NCBI RefSeq assembly: GCF_018350175.1
Contig: NC_058369.1
Span: forward strand, 6,760,001-6,824,000
Direction: 5' to 3'
Source of the DNA: Felis catus
Lineage: Eukaryota
Length of the DNA: 64,000 nt
Both the position numbers and the translations under genes were made by a program. Below, one piece after another: positions 63,239-64,000 of this stretch. Below the pieces are notes generated by a model. That model did no database searches. It was not told the DNA's origin and saw only the letters and a list, made by a program, of their open reading frames with translations. Positions within the stretch are counted from its first letter, which is position 1; every line of letters begins with the position of its first letter.

Positions 63239-64000
63239 TCAGGAAGATGAAGTGATCTTTCTGTTGACAAGCTTCCTCAGGGCCCCCTTCAGATCTCTGT
63301 TCCTCAAGCTATAGATAAAGGGGTTCAGCATGGGGGTGACTGTAGTGTACATCACAGCAGAGGCTTTCTCCTTCACAGCTGTGCGGACAGAGGAGGGACA
63401 CAGATAGACCCCAATGGTGGTCCCATAGAAGAGAGCAACCACAGAGAGGTGGGAGCTGCAGGTGGAAAAGGCTTTCTTCCTGCCCCCTGCAGAAGGGACT
63501 TTCATGATGGCCACAATGATGCGAGCATAGGAGGCCAGGATGCAGATAAAAGGTGTGGCTATCACCAGCCCAGCCACAATGAGCACAAAGATCTTGTTCA
63601 CAGACGTGTCAGTGCAAGAAAGCCTGAGAAGGGGAGTGAGGTCACAGAAGTAGTGAGGTAGCTCATTGTTCCCACAGAAAACCAGACGAGCCATCAGGAG
63701 GATATGAGTGAGGGAGATGAAGCAGGAAAACACCCATGGGCCACCTGCCAGCAGGCCACAGAGGCGTGGGCTCATGATGGCAGTATAGTGTAAGGGGTGA
63801 CATATAGCCACAAACCTGTCATAAGCCATCACGGCAATCAGGACACTGTCCATGATGCCAAAGAAATGGAAAAAGTACATCTGGGTCAGGCAGCAGGCAT
63901 AGGAGATTGACTTGCTCCTGATTTGGATGTTCACCAGCATCTTGGGGACTGTGTTGGTGGCCAGGCAGAAATCAACCAAAGACAGGTTAGCTAAGAAGAA
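63239..64000 (-). CDS. OR1M1: Olfactory receptor family 1 subfamily M (OR1M1-like), 5' end outside window
   Basis: Open frame FFLANLSLVDFCLATNTVPKML...MAYDRFVAICHPLHY...KAFSTCSSHLSVV...PMLNPFIYSLRNRDLKGALRKLVNRKITSSS*; canonical OR motifs; C-terminus matches human OR1M1 as recalled. Could be a close paralog. Confidence 0.9.
   Translation of the reverse strand, partial: FFLANLSLVDFCLATNTVPKMLVNIQIRSKSISYACCLTQMYFFHFFGIMDSVLIAVMAYDRFVAICHPLHYTAIMSPRLCGLLAGGPWVFSCFISLTHILLMARLVFCGNNELPHYFCDLTPLLRLSCTDTSVNKIFVLIVAGLVIATPFICILASYARIIVAIMKVPSAGGRKKAFSTCSSHLSVVALFYGTTIGVYLCPSSVRTAVKEKASAVMYTTVTPMLNPFIYSLRNRDLKGALRKLVNRKITSSS

Noticed and set aside
1..64000. CRISPR arrays, operons or prokaryotic defence systems
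   Set aside because: Mammalian DNA; the repeated units are SINEs and microsatellites with no repeat-spacer structure.

Overview
Mammalian genomic DNA from a felid (cat-like): about 39 tRNA-derived Can-SINE/SINEC_Fc copies plus carnivore/feline L1s. The window covers the 5' end of the membrane mucin MUC16 (CA125) on the minus strand. An S/T/P-rich reading frame (1570 to the left edge) aligns by eye to the classical human MUC16 N-terminus. Upstream lie two mutually similar signal-peptide exons (7816-7903 and 49144-49225, both ending in phase 1 at AG|GTAAG donors) and several candidate micro-exons and decayed exons. An OR1M1-type olfactory receptor CDS (minus strand, 5'-truncated) occupies the right edge. 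A young full-length L1 (39083-45011; 17-18 bp TSD, intact ORF1, ORF2 with one frameshift and one nonsense codon) sits inside an older, apparently 5'-inverted L1. The rest is mostly LTR, DNA-transposon, MIR/L2 and microsatellite sequence. All homology and repeat-family calls are from memory and by-eye comparison, not searches; repeat boundaries are approximate.
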